64,000 bases of DNA from Pristiophorus japonicus (GCF_044704955.1 NW_027252668.1:5828001-5892000); one strand, 5' to 3'. Positions 24,243-37,570 are shown, numbered from the stretch's first letter. Notes: generated by a model from the sequence alone, not told the origin. Numbers and translations are program-made.

Positions 24243-25411
24243 GATGTAGTGTATATGGATTTTAACAAAGCTTTTGATAAGGTCCAACATGGCCAACTGG
24301 TCACGAAAGTAAAAGCCGATGGGATGCAGGGCAAAGTGGCAAGTTGGATCCAAAATTGGCTCAGACGCAGAAAGCGAAGGGTAATGGTTGATAGGTGTTT
24401 TTGTGACTGGGAGGATGTATCCAGTGGGGTTCCGCAGGGCTCAGTGCTGGGTCCCTTGCTTTTTGTGGTATATATCAATGACTTGGACTGGAATGTTGTG
24501 GGTATGATTAGGAAGTTTACAGCTGACAGTAAAATAGGCTGTGTGGTTGATAATGAAGAAGAAAGCTGTGGATTGCAGGAAGATATCAATGTACTGGTCA
24601 GGTGGGTGGAACAGTGCCAAATGGATTCAATCCAGAGAGGTGTGAGGTCATGCATTTGGGGAGGGCTAACAAGGCAAGGGAATACACATTAAATGGTACA
24701 ACACTGAAAAGTGTAGAGGAACAAAGGGACCTTGGAATACATGTCCACGGATCCCTGAAGGTAGCAGGCCAGGTAGATAAGGTGGTTAAGAAGGCATGTG
24801 GAATACTTGCCTTTATTAGTCGAGTCATAGAATACAAGAGACAAGGAGGTTATGCTTGAACTGTATAAAACACTGGTTAGGCCACAGCTGGAGTACTGTG
24901 TGTAGTTCTGGTCACCACATTACAGTAAGGTGTGATGGCACTGGAAAGGGTGCAGAGGAGATTTACAAGAATGTTGCCTGGACTGGAGAATATTGGAAAT
25001 GAGGAAAGATTGGAGAGAGGAGGCTGAGGAGAGACCTGATTGAGGTGTATAAAATTATAAGGGTTCTGGATAGAGTGGAAAGGAAGGACTTGTTTCCCTT
25101 GGCAGAGGGGTCGACAACCAGGGGACATAGATTTAATGTAATTGGGGGGAGGTTTAGAGGAGATACGAGGGGAAATGACTTCACCCAGCGGGTAGTGGGG
25201 GTCTGGAACACACTGCCCGAAAGGGTGGTAGAGGCAGAAACCCTCACGACATTTAATACTTGGATGTGCACTTAAAGTGCCGTAACCTTCAGGGCTATGG
25301 ACCAAGAGCTGGAAAATGGGATTAGGCAGGATAGCTCTTGGTCGGCCGGCGCGGACGCAATGGGCCAAAATGGCCTCCTTCCATGCTGTAAATTTCTATG
25401 ATTCTATGATT

Positions 25412-25935
25412 TGCCCCTCGAGCCTGCTCCGCCATTGAATTAGATCATGGCTGATCTTCTACCTCAATTCCGTTGCCCGCACTATCCCCCTATCCCTTGG
25501 TTCCCTTAGTATCAAACAAAATGTCAATCTCAATCTTGAATACACTCATCACCTGAGCATCCACATCCCTCTGGAGTAGCGCATTCCAAAGATACACAAC
25601 CCTCTCAGTGAAGACATTTCTCCTCATCTCAGATCTAAATGGCTGAGCCCTTACTGTGAGTCTAACACTCCGAGTTCTGGACTGTCCATCCAGTGGAAGC
25701 AGCCTCTTAGCATCTACCCTGTCAATCCCCCTCAGGGTCTTATATGTTTCAATAAGATCACCTCTCATTCTTCTCATCTCCAAGTGTATAGACCCACATC
25801 TTTCACCTTCCTAAGTGCTTGCTGCACCAACATGTTAACTTTCAATGTTTTACGTACTATGGCACTCAAGTCTCTCTGAATTGCAACATTTACTAATCTC
25901 TCAGGTTTTAAACAATATTCTGGTTTTCTATTCAT
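25412..25935 (-). mobile_element. CR1 3' fragment whose tail lies at 19101-19137 (host of the plus-strand LINE); also 49183-49220 plus 50526-51045
   Basis: GGAGTTGGCCATTTG ... CCCCTCGAGCCTGCTCC rejoin across the insert; ATTTG duplicated. Confidence 0.8.
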
Positions 25936-26660
25936 ATAAAGTAAAACCTCTACTCCTACCAGAAACTGGCAGATACAGAGGAATACCCACACTCGCATCT
26001 CAGAGCCTGTCAGATACAGAGTAATACCCGCACTCGCGTACCAGAAAATGAGAATTACAGAATAAAACCCACAAATTTAATTCCAGAGACAGACAGATAC
26101 AGAGTAAAACCCACATTCTCATTTCAGACACTGACAGGTACATCATAAAACCTACATTCACAGACCAGAAAGAGAAGATACTGGAAAAAAAAAATAATAC
26201 TCACAAAGCAGGGACTGACGGATAAAGACTAAAACTCAAACTCACATAAATCCCTCTCTTCCACAGCAGAAATTGACAGGTAGAAAAGAAAACCCACACT
26301 CATGTAGTGGTAAATGAATGGTACAGAGTAAAACTCACTCACACATCAGAAACTGACAGGTACAGAGTGGAACCCACATTCACAAACCAGAAACTGACAG
26401 TTACAGCGTAAAACCCACTCTCACTTTTCACAACCTGACAGTTAGAGTAAAACACAGATTTGCATATCAGAAACTGACAGGTAGATTAAGTCCCACATTC
26501 GCAAACAGAAACTGATAGATACAGTGTAAGCCATACACCCACTTAGCTGAAATCAGCTGGTACATAATAAAATGCGCACTCACACACCAGAACTGGTACA
26601 GAGTGAAACTCACTCACATACCAGAGACAGATAGATACAGAGTGAAACTCACACACTCTG
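25936..26660. repeat. degenerate 41-bp satellite (also 51050-51730)
   Basis: ACCAGAAACTGACAGGTACAGAG units. Confidence 0.75.
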
Positions 26661-26724
26661 TGTTGTACCATTATTTTATAAAAGGACGATAGCAGAATGA
26701 ATAAATCGACTAAATTAACGCTGT

Positions 26725-26868
26725 GGTTTCCTCTTAAAAGAGCCGTTGCTTTTTTAAAGCTTTTTCCTGTGTTGTGAATTTATTTGCAATGGTCACCGCC
26801 TTAGTCCAATTCCGACACGGCGTGCTTGGCCAGCTCCCCGGGCAGCACTAGACTCACAGCGGTCTGGG
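26725..26868 (-). pseudogene. H2B 3' relic with broken stem-loop
   Basis: [19 protein letters not shown]; GGCTCTTTTAAGAGGA. Confidence 0.85.
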
Positions 26869-26907
26869 TGTGCACACAATCCACAACAGCCAAACTATTG
26901 GAGGTTG

Positions 26908-26940
26908 GTGCCATCTCCTGGCTGCCAGCCAGTAGTGCAA
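26908..26940 (-). promoter_or_regulatory. CTCF-like site (core plus upstream module)
   Basis: Reverse strand TTGCACTACT-n5-GCAG-CCAGGAGATGGCAC. Confidence 0.55.
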
Positions 26941-27100
26941 CAAGATAACCATCCATCAGTAACTGTTTTAAGCTGGAGACAAATAACCTGAACACCTTGT
27001 TTACGTTCAGATTACAATGATTGCAGTTAGTGCTGACTAAAGTTCTAAAGACCCATGGTGAGTGGTCTGTCAATACAGAGGTTTACATGTTAAACTTAGT

Positions 27101-27172
27101 GTGATGGTGCTATAGTGGTGAGCATAGCTGTCTTCCCAGGGATTGACTTGGGTTTCATTCTCGGCCAGCACA
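27101..27172 (+). pseudogene. tRNA-Gly(TCC)-derived pseudogene
   Basis: GTGATGGTGCTATAGTGGTGAGCATAGCTGTCTTCCCAGG..; anticodon stem and T-loop damaged. Confidence 0.7.
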
Positions 27173-27441
27173 AACAGGCTCCATTTAATACAGTTTATGT
27201 CACCATGTCGCAGTTTAGAACCGAACACGAGTGCCTTCCAACAAATGCCATTTCTCTAACATTTACAAAGCACATTCATCATCCATTTATTTATCACATA
27301 AAATTGAGGTTTCATTTATTTTTGGTGATAACTATTGTTTAATCTATCGGGGACTGAAGAAAAAGTAACTGGGGTGAGGACTCAGTCCAGACTTTAAACT
27401 AATAAATGGGGTGAGGGCTCGGTCCAAGCAAGATTACTATT

Positions 27442-29366
27442 CATAACATAACATAAGAATTAGGAACAGGAGGAGGCCATCTAGCCCCTTAAGTCTGCTC
27501 CGCCATTCAACAAGATCATGGCTGATCTGGCCGTGGACTCAGCTCCACTTACCCGCCCGCTCCCCGTAACCCTTAATTCCCTTATTGGTTAAAAATCTAT
27601 CTATCTGTGATTTGAATACATTCAATGAGCTAGTCTCAACTGCTTCCTTGGGCAGAGAATTCCACAGATTCACAACCCTCTGGGAGAAGAAATTCCTTCT
27701 CAACTCGGTTTTAAATTGACTCCCCCGTATTTTGAGGTTGTGCCCCCTAGTTCTCATCTCCCCGACCAGTGGAAACAACCTCTCTGCCTCTATCTTGTCT
27801 ATCCCTTTCATTATTTTAAATGTTTCTAGAAGATCATCCCTCATCCTTCTGAACTCCAACGAGTAAAGACCCAGTCTACTCAATCTATCATCATAAGGTA
27901 ACCCCCTCATCTCCGGAATCAGCCTCGTGAATCCAAAGCTAGTATATCCTTCCTTAAGTAAGGTGACCAAAACTGCACGCAGTACTCCAGGTGCGGCCTC
28001 ACCAATACTCTGTACAGTTGCAGCAGGACCTCCCTGCTTTTGTACTCCATCCCTCTCGCAATGAAAGCCAACATTCCATTCGCCTTCCTGATTACCTGCT
28101 GCACCTGCAAACTAACTTTTTGGGATTCATGCAGGAACTCCAAAAGAGTTTCATGCACAAGGACCCCCAGGTCCCTCTGCACCGCAGCATGTTGTAATTT
28201 CTCCCCACTCAAATAATATTCCCTTTTACTGTTTTTTTACCCAAGGTGGATGACCTCACACTTTCCGATACTGTATTCCATCTGCCAAACCTTAGCCCAT
28301 TCGCTTAACCTATCTAAATCTTTTTGCAGCCTTTCTGTGTCCTCCACACAACCTGCTTTCCCACTAATCTTTGTGTCATCTGCAAATTTTGTTACACTAC
28401 ACTCTGTCCCCTCTTCCAGGTCATCTATGTATATTGTAAACAGTTGTGGTCCCAGCACCGATCCCTGTGGCACACCACTAACCACCGATTTCCATCCCGA
28501 AAAGGACCCATTTATCCCGACTCTCTGCTTTCTGTTCGCCAGCCGATTCTCTATCCATGCTAATACATTTCCTCTGACTCCGCGTACCCTTATCTTCTGC
28601 AGTAACCTTTTGTGTGGCACCTTATCGAATGCCTTTTGAAAATCTAAATACACCACATCCATCGGAACACCTCTATCCACCATGCTCGTTATATCCTCAA
28701 AGACTTCCAGTAAATTAGTTAAACATGATTTCCCCTTCATGAATCCATGCTGCGTCTGTTTGATTGCACTATTCCTATCTAGATGTCCCGCTATTTCTTC
28801 CTGAATGATAGTTTCAAGTATTTACCCCACTACAGATGTTAAACTAACCGGCCTATAGTTAACTGCCTTTTGTCTGCCCCCTTTTTTAAACAGAGGCGTT
28901 ACATTAGCTGCTTTCCAATCCGCTGGTACCTCCCCAGAGTCCAGAGACTTTTGGTAGATTATAACGAATGCATCGGCTATAACTTCCGCCATCTCTTTTA
29001 ATACCCTGGGATGCATTTCATCAGGACCAGGGGACCTGTCGACCTTGAGTCCCATTAGCCTGTCCAGCACTACCCACCTCGTGATAGTGATTGTCTCAAG
29101 GTCCTCCCTTCCCACATTCCTGTCACCAGCAATCTTTGGCATGGTTTTTGTGTCTTCCACTGTGAAGACCAAAGAAAAATAATTGTTTAAGGTCTCAGCC
29201 ATTTCCACATTTCCCATTATTAAATCCCCGTTCTCATCTTCTTAGGGACCAACATTTACTTTAGTCACTCTTTTCCGTTTTATATGTCTGTAAAAGCTTT
29301 TACTATCCGTTTTTATGTTTTGCGCAAGTTTACCTTCGTAATCTATCTTTCCTTTCTTTATTGCTT
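27442..29366 (-). mobile_element. CR1-type LINE, unit-1-specific insertion (TATT duplication)
   Basis: RT motifs KFADDTK, GVPQGSVLGP; (TTATG)n tail; empty site at ~52508-52515. Confidence 0.93.
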
Positions 29367-29513
29367 TATTGCAGTGACCAGTTGTAATTGGAGGGAAGGT
29401 GTCCCAGCACCGTGCTTACATTCTGATTAAAATGATTGCTCAGCAATTTATTTGTCCCGCTGAAGACCCGTAAGAAGCAGTTTGTCTGCAAATACAAAAT
29501 GACTGATGTGTGG

Positions 29514-29585
29514 GCGATGGTGGTATAGTGCTGAGCATAGCTGCCTTTCAAGCAGTTGAACCGGGTTCAATTCTTGGCCATCGCA
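29514..29585 (+). tRNA. 72-nt tRNA-Gly-body gene or pseudogene with TTC (Glu) anticodon
   Basis: Acceptor GCGATGG/CCATCGC pairs fully; anticodon arm GCTGC-CTTTCAA-GCAGT; D-loop GG changed to GC; two G-U pairs in T stem. Confidence 0.55.
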
Positions 29586-29974
29586 ACCGAGGTCAGGTCA
29601 GAACTGAATTATGGGATCTTGCAGCAGGATTTTACAACAAGGCAATTGTCAATCCCATTTGTAAATTAAAATTAAAAAAATGAAACTAAAAGGGACTTCA
29701 AACTAATAAATGAGTGCTCAGTGAAAAACTATAGTAAAAATGGTCGTTAAATATCCAAAAAATGGGTGAAGAGCAGAGTTCGGGTCCCAAACAGTGCCAA
29801 GGATACTCCAAGTGAAGGTAATAGTAAAACAACGAATGTAGTTACAGCAGCAGTGACAGATAAGAAAGGTGTTGAATTAAACGGTATGAGATAGGCGGCA
29901 TCAATTCTCAATTAAGCAGAAACTGTCAGGTACAGAGGAAGACCCACACTCACATTTCAGAAACTGGCAGATAA

Positions 29975-31010
29975 ATAGAGAAAATCGCATCCTCACAGAC
30001 CAGAGACAGATATATACAGAGAAGATCCCACTCTCTCACACCAGAGACAGATATATACAGGGAAAATCACACCCTCACAAACCAGAGACAGATATATACA
30101 GGGAAAATCCCACCCTCACATACCAGAGACAGATATAAGCGTGGAAAATCTCACCCACACACAACAGAGACATGTATATACAGAGAAAATCCCACGTTCA
30201 CACACCAGAGACAGATATATACAGGGAAAATCCGAGCCTCACATACCAGAGACAGATATATTCATAGAAAATCCCACACTCACTCACCAGAGACAGATAT
30301 ATACATAGAAAATACCACCCTCACACACCAGAGACAGATATATTCAGGGAAAATCCCACCCTCATATACCGGAGACTGCATATATACAGGGAAAATCCCA
30401 CCCTCACATACCAGAGACAGATATATACAGGGAAAATCCCACTCTCACATACCAGAGACAGATATATACAGGGAAAATCCCACTCTCACATACCAGAGAC
30501 AGATATATACAGAGAAAATCACACCCTCACACATCAGAGACAGATATATACCGGGTAAATTCCACCCTCACACAGCAGAGACCGACATATTCAGGGAAAA
30601 TCCCACCCTCACATACCAGAGACAGATATAAGCATAGAAAATCCCATCCTCACACACCAGAGACCGATATATACAGGGAAAATCCCACCCTCACACACCA
30701 GAGACTGATATATACAGAGAAAATCACACCCTCACATATCAGAGACAGATATATACCGGGTAAATTCCACCCTCACATACCAGAGACAGAAAAATACAGG
30801 GAAAATTACACCCTCGTATACCAGAGATTGATATATACAGTGAAAATACCACCCTCACACACCAGAGACAGATATAAACAGGGAAAATTGCACTCTCACA
30901 TACCAGAGACAGATATAAGCTTGGAAAATCCCACCCTCACACACCAGAGACAGAAAAATACAGGGAAAATTCCACCGTCACATACCAGAGACAGATATAT
31001 ACAGGGAAAC
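29975..31010. repeat. 41-bp satellite, variant C (CAGGGAAAATCCCACCCTCACACACCAGAGACAGATATATA)
   Basis: Period 41 (30058, 30099 ...). Confidence 0.95.
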
Positions 31011-31019
31011 ACTCATACT

Positions 31020-32245
31020 CACATATATAATGCTGACAGGTACATTCCCATACCAGAAACTGACAAATTTAGGGGAAAAACTTAGTAGAAGAAGTTGACA
31101 GCGAGAAAATCCTTCAGGACCAGATTCTACCCAACACTCACCAGAAACGACAGGTGCAGATTAAATCCCACTCTCGCATCCCTGAAAGTGACAGGTACAG
31201 ATTATACCCCACTCTCATATCCAATCTGTGGCTGGTACAGATGAAATTCCATCCTCCCATACCAAGGCCAGAAAGATAGAGAAAAGCCCACCCTCACATA
31301 ACAGAAAATGATAGATACAGAATAAAACCCACACTCACATCCCAGAAATGACAGGTACAGATTATACCCCACACTCACATCCCAGAAATGACAGGTACAG
31401 ATTAAATCCCACACTCATATACCAGAGACAGACAGCTACACTAACAAAGTGGAAACTGACAGGTACAGATTTAACACAACATTTATATACTAGAAACAAC
31501 CAGGTACAGACTAAATCTAACACACACACACACACACCTGAAACAAAGATGTATCGAATATCCCCCACAGTCACTGACAGATACAGAATAGACATTACAC
31601 TCACATACTCGGGCAGAAAGGTACAGAACAAACCCCACACTTACATATCAGAACCTGCCAGGTACAGATGAAACCCAACTCTCACATACCAGAATCAGAC
31701 AGATGCAGATTAAACTCCACACTCGCATACTAGAGACTGACGGGTATAAAATAAATCCAACACTCGCATACCAGAAATTGACAAGTACAGATTAAAACAC
31801 ACAACTCACATACCAGAAACAGATAGGTACAGATTAAACCCCACAGTCAGATATCAGAAACTGACAGGTACAGATTAAACCCCCCTCTCATACACCAGAA
31901 ACTGACAGGTACAGATTAAACCCCACAATCACATACCAGAAATGACAGGTACAGATTATACCCAACACTCACATCCCAGAAATGACAGATTAAACCCCAC
32001 TCAGATACCAGCCACAGATGGACAGGTACAGATGAAATCCCACACTACCATACCAGAGGCTGCCAGGTAGAGAATAAAACACGCACTCCCATACAGAAAC
32101 TGACAAAGTGCAGAATAAACCCACACAAATACACAGACAGACAGAAACAGAATGATAATCACATACCAGAATTTGACAGGTGTATAATAAAACCCAAATT
32201 CGCCTGCCAGTAACTGAGGTAAAAAACAACACTCACATATCAGTG
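31020..32245. repeat. degenerate satellite variant B (also 61850-63070)
   Basis: ACCAGAAA(C)TGACAGGTACAGATTAAACCCC units. Confidence 0.8.
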
Positions 32246-32323
32246 ACTGACAGCTATAAGAAATAGGAGAAGGCCAAAAGGACTCTGGAGCCTGCTCCAC
32301 AATTCAATAGGATCATGGCTGAA

Positions 32324-32461
32324 CTGCCCAATATCCAGGCAGTGCTTCTGACAAAGAAATCCAAGGCTGGGTTCAGCAAGAACAAGGAAAGTGGACAAGA
32401 TTTAATCTAATACCACGTTGGTTCTTTTCAGAGCCACCCACTCTATCTGTGAAAGGGCTGG
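32324..32461 (+). pseudogene. orphan H2A 3' fragment with stem-loop (32420-32435)
   Basis: Encodes [14 protein letters not shown]; GGTTCTTTTCAGAGCCACCCA. Confidence 0.85.
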
Positions 32462-32500
32462 TTACTGTCTGAAGAAACTGATCTATTGATCACAATCTTA

Positions 32501-32928
32501 TCAGCTGTGCTTCAGTTGGGAGCACCCTCACTTTTGAGTCAGAAAGTTGTGGGTTCAAGTCCCACTCCAGGGTCTTGAGCAGAAAAATCTAGGCTGAAAC
32601 TCCAGTGCAGTGTTGAGGGAGCGCTACATTGTCGGAGGTGACATCGATCGGATAAGATGTTAAACTGAGCTACCGTCTGCTCTCTCAGCTGGACGCAAAA
32701 GATCTCATAGAAATATGGGGAGTTATCGCGTGTCTTGGGCAATATTTATCCCTCGATCAACACAACACAACAGATCATTTGACCATTATCATGTTGCTGT
32801 TTGTGGGAGCTTGCTGTTCCCAAATTGGCTGCCGCGTTACATTACATCAGTGCCGACACTTCAAAAAGTATTTCATTGGATGTGAAGCAGGTCATGAAAG
32901 ACGCTATATAAATCCAAGTCAGTATTTT
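32501..32928 (+). mobile_element. DeuSINE-like SINE (unit 2)
   Basis: Homolog of 3759-4208. Confidence 0.75.
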
Positions 32929-33237
32929 TCTACTTAATATTAAATCCCGACGGTTGATAAACTGGGAGTTTCCTGACCAGAAGTCACCCTCAGTCAATCT
33001 CGGGTAGAAAGCGGTCAATGTCTGTTGAACATGTAGAAATCGAGATCGGCAAACAGAGCAGCGAGTTTGCTGTTCAGATTCTAAAATATATATATTATAG
33101 GAAAAAATGCATGAACCTTCTTCGTAAGATTTTTGCCTGATAGCAGAACAAAAACACATAAAGAACAGAGTATAAATCAGGAGGTGTTGCAACACATGAC
33201 CTCATTCAAGAATTTGAGATTGTGACAAGCAACAAAT

Positions 33238-33371
33238 TTGATTGGTCTCTTTAAACATCCAATCAGAGAGATACAGAACAATGGCTATTGACAAGCCAAT
33301 CACAACCATTGCCTTCGCCCATCCCTCATTAGCATAGGGCTGTGGGCGGAGTGTGGGGCTGCCGATATAAT
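33238..33371 (+). promoter_or_regulatory. H2B promoter of unit 2, separated from its gene by an insertion
   Basis: Near-identical to 4510-4643 up to GATATAAT. Confidence 0.85.
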
Positions 33372-34408
33372 AGAAAAATAGAAACATAGAAAATAGGTGC
33401 AGGAGTAGGCCATTCGACCCTTCTAGCCTGCACCGCCATTCAATGAGTTCATGGCTGAACATGAAACTTCAGTACTCCCTTCCTGCTTTCTCACCATACC
33501 CCTTGATCCCCCGAGTCGTAAGGACTTCATCTAACTCCCTTTTGAATATATTTAGTGAATTGGCCTCAACAACTTTCTGTGGTAGAGAATTCCACAGGTT
33601 CACCACTCTCTGGGTGAAGAAGTTTCTCCTCATCTCGGTCCTAAATGGCTTACCCCTTATCCTTAGACTGTGTCCCCTGGTTCTGGACTTCCCCAACATT
33701 GGGAACCTTCTTCGTGCATCTAACCTGTCTAAACCCATCAGAATTTTAAACGTTACTATGAGGTCCCCTCTCATTCTTCTGAACTCCAGTGAATACAGGC
33801 CCAGTCTTTCTTGATAGGTTAGTCCTGCCATCCTGGGAATCAGTCTGGTGAATCTTCGCTGCACTCCCTCAATAGCAAGACTGTCCTTCCTCAGGTTAGG
33901 AGACCAAAACTGTACACAATACTCCAGGTGTGGCCTCACCAAGGTCCTGTACAACTGTAGCAACACCTCCCTGCCCCTGTACTCAAATCCCCTCGCTATG
34001 AAGGCCAACATGCCATTTGCTTTCTTAACCGCCTGCTGTACCTGCATGCCAACCTTCAATGACTGATGTACCATGACACCCAGGTCTCGTTGCACCTCCC
34101 CTTTTCCTAATCTGCCACCATTCAGATAATAGTCTGTCTCTCTGTTTTTACCACCAAAGTGGATAACCTCACATTTATCCACATTATACTTCATCTGCCA
34201 TGCATTTGCCCACTCACCTAACATATCCAAGTCACTCTGCAGCCTCATAGCATCCTCCTTGCAGCTCACATTGTCACCCAACTTAGTGTCATTCGCAAAT
34301 TTGGAGATACTACATTTAATCCCCTCGTCTAAATCATTAATGTACAGTGTAAACAGCTGGGGCCTCAGCACGGTATGCCACTAGTCACTGCCTGCAATTC
34401 TGAAAAGT
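33372..34408 (-). mobile_element. CR1-type LINE 3' part inserted at the H2B TATA box
   Basis: 300-aa ORF 33469-34371 with RT C-terminal motifs; TTTCTATG-type tail at 33372. Confidence 0.92.
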
Positions 34409-35018
34409 CCGCGCTGGATTCATGGCCCTCTGCAGACTCTTAATCGACACAATGAGTCATATTTTTCTTACACATTCGCTGGAAGTGGCCCTTTGTGCTG
34501 CAGCCTTTGCACACATAGTCTTTAACTGGTGAGCCCTGTGATTCCCTTCACAACGCCAGCATGGAGCTACTCGATTAGCCCCCCTCGGCAGACTCTGAGT
34601 TAAGGGACTCGGGGCCTGTTCTCTCTTCCCTGAGACAGTTCGCACTCTACAGTCCAGCCTCTAAACGGTGCACTCTGTGCACAGTACCTGCCGGGTTTGA
34701 GTCCTGTAGGTGAGTCATCTGCCTGGAGCCACAGATCGAGGTCATGAATGCCTGGCTCACGGAGATGGCCTTCTGCAGTGTGACTGTGGTATCCGCCGAC
34801 AGTAGCTTATGAAGAAGGCCCTCATAGCCAATTCCAATAACAAAAATGTCCCGCAGCGCTTTGTTAAGGTGGTTGCCGAAATCACACGGTGCCACCAGCC
34901 TCCTGAGGTCTGCAGCGTATTTCGCAATTTCCTGGCTTTCGTGCCGTCGGTGGGTGTAGAATCAGTGTCTGACTGTGAGGATGCTCTCCTTGGGCTTGAG
35001 TTGCTCATGGATCAGGGT
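34409..35018 (-). mobile_element. Ty3/Gypsy-type gag fragment fused 5' of the LINE piece
   Basis: YAADLRRLVAPCDFGNHLNKALRDIFVIGI..KLLS..TLQKAI is a typical LTR-retrotransposon gag motif. Confidence 0.7.
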
Positions 35019-35072
35019 TAATGCGGGCTCGGAGCAGAGTTTCCCCAAATCTGCGCCTGACTGAACGAGACG

Positions 35073-35438
35073 ATGGTTGACGAAAAGAGAACAGGTCCCG
35101 CCAAGAAAGTAATCAAGAAAACCCCAGCGAAGAGCGGCAAGAGGCGCAGAAGGTCGAGGAAGGAGAGTTACGCCATCTACATCTACAAAGTGATGAAGCA
35201 GGTTCACCCCGACACCGGCATCTCCTCCAAGGCCATGGGCATCATGAACTCGTTTGTGAAGGATATTTTCGAGCGCATCGCGGGTGAGGCTTCCCGCCTG
35301 GCCCATTACAACAAGCGCCGCACCATCAGTTCCCGGGAGATCCAGACCGCCGTGCGCCTGCTGCTGCCCGGGGAGCTGGCCAAGCACGCCGTGTCGGAAG
35401 GGACAAAGGCGGTGACCAAGTACACCAACTCCAAGTGA
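35073..35438 (+). CDS. H2B: histone H2B (unit 2, ORF intact, 121 aa, promoter disrupted)
   Basis: 12-bp in-frame deletion in the N-tail between GCCAAGAAAG repeats; intact stem-loop at ~35479-35494. Confidence 0.9.
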   Translation: MVDEKRTGPAKKVIKKTPAKSGKRRRRSRKESYAIYIYKVMKQVHPDTGISSKAMGIMNSFVKDIFERIAGEASRLAHYNKRRTISSREIQTAVRLLLPGELAKHAVSEGTKAVTKYTNSK

Positions 35439-36292
35439 GACTGCCCGCTGTCCTGACAGATCAAACCCCAAACACAACGGCTCTTTTAAGAGCCACCCAC
35501 AACCTCTCTGAAAGAGCTGCACAAACGCATCTCCCTTTACACTCTATTTACTGTAATTATTTCCTGAACAAGTATATTTGAGACGTTTTACACTTCCAGC
35601 TGCAGATTTAGTTTTGAATTCTCAGATATCAGTTTCACTGTCCGGTTCCACCTTAGCGTCGCTGGAATTTTCCGCCAACGACAAATACGGTCCCTGGTCG
35701 CTGTTTCCCTTTGCTCTCAGACACGTTCATTTACACCGCCTGCCGAATTAAGAGCTTGTTTAGGGGCTGAGACTCAGATTTCAGTCACACATTCTCTCTC
35801 GCAAGCCCTTTTCAAGTTTATTTTTCCATTCCTGTTGCGGGTCAGTCCGTTTATTAAGCCGACACTCCCCGCAGTGTCACAACCCAGAATGGGAGTTCTT
35901 ACAGAGACCAGAACCGGAGCAGTTTGAATACTCTGTCCCTCTTCTCTTTTCACAGAAGGACTCCCAGTTCTGGGCTCACTCCCGCCTTTGCAGGGGATCG
36001 ATCGATAATCTGTGAAACCCAACTTTTACAAAGATTGAGTTGTAATGTGTCCCGTTACAGAATCGGTGGGGATTGATTCCCGCCCATTAGACAGTTTGAA
36101 ATAGTACCCGAATTTAATCCTGATTGTAACAGCCTGGAACTTGCAAGGGGAATATGGAATAAGACAAAATTAATTAAAACGTGTTGGGAAATCTTTGACT
36201 AATGGTGAATTTATAATCACATAATCCGCTATTTTAAAATTTCTTGGGGTTTTTGAATTAAAAATCGATATTCTGACTGTTGGAGACAGTAA

Positions 36293-36860
<568 letters not shown>

Positions 36861-37554
36861 AGCGGACAGGATTTAATCTAATAACACAAAGGCTCTTTTC
36901 AGAGGAACCCACACTATCTGTGAAAGGGCTGATTTCTGTTCTGTGGATCACAATTGCCCCTGATCTAATTTAATACTAAACAGACGGAAGCTGAACGTGA
37001 GACCGCTCGTCATTGAACATGTTGGGACAGCCGAATATGAACCGGATGATAAGAGCCGAGTATAAAGGAATGAGCGGTTGATGGGCTCACTTACTTTTAT
37101 ATGGGCAATAATTCCACAGGGAGAAATATATACATTCTGAACACATTGATCCATGAGGACTTTTACCCTTTTTTAAAATTTGCGTACAGAAGGATGGAAT
37201 TCCAGCTCATGGTTAATTTAAAATATTACAAATAGTATCCGACCTGTGCCCGCATTAAGAGCTGGGTTAAAGGTGAGATACAGATTGCAGGCAGCTCGTC
37301 CCCTCTGGAATCTATCCCGGTATGTGTAGTGGGATCAATTCACTGTCAGATCTCCCACTTTTAGTTAGCGCCCCCCTTTGGGCTGGTGCAGTCGGTATAC
37401 TGGGCATCTGACTCGCATTGATACCTGGATCAAAGCCGCACCGTCAGATAATCACCGCCTAAAGCCCCAGTTATAGTAACACAAGACGTGCACGGTGTGT
37501 ACACGGGACAGGTTGCGTGGATCCGGTCGCAACTCTTTCCTTTGCTGATTTGGT

Positions 37555-37570
37555 GGCTCTGAAAAGAGCC
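37555..37570 (-). terminator. histone stem-loop (H3)
   Basis: Reverse strand GGCTCTTTTCAGAGCC-ACCA. Confidence 0.95.

Larger units (their letters stand above)
19138..25411 (+). mobile_element. CR1-type LINE split by the ERV (19138-19287 and 24243-25411)
   Basis: QHGFVKGRSCLTNL then DVVYMDF..GVPQGSVLGP; (TTCTATGA)n tail; uninterrupted homolog at 49221-50525. Confidence 0.9.

Noticed and set aside
29975-31010. CRISPR-like regular repeats
   Set aside because: Contiguous monomers without unique spacers, no cas genes, vertebrate context
33469-34371. 300-aa ORF as a host gene or active RT
   Set aside because: 5'-truncated CR1 ORF2 fragment with the catalytic FADD changed to FAND
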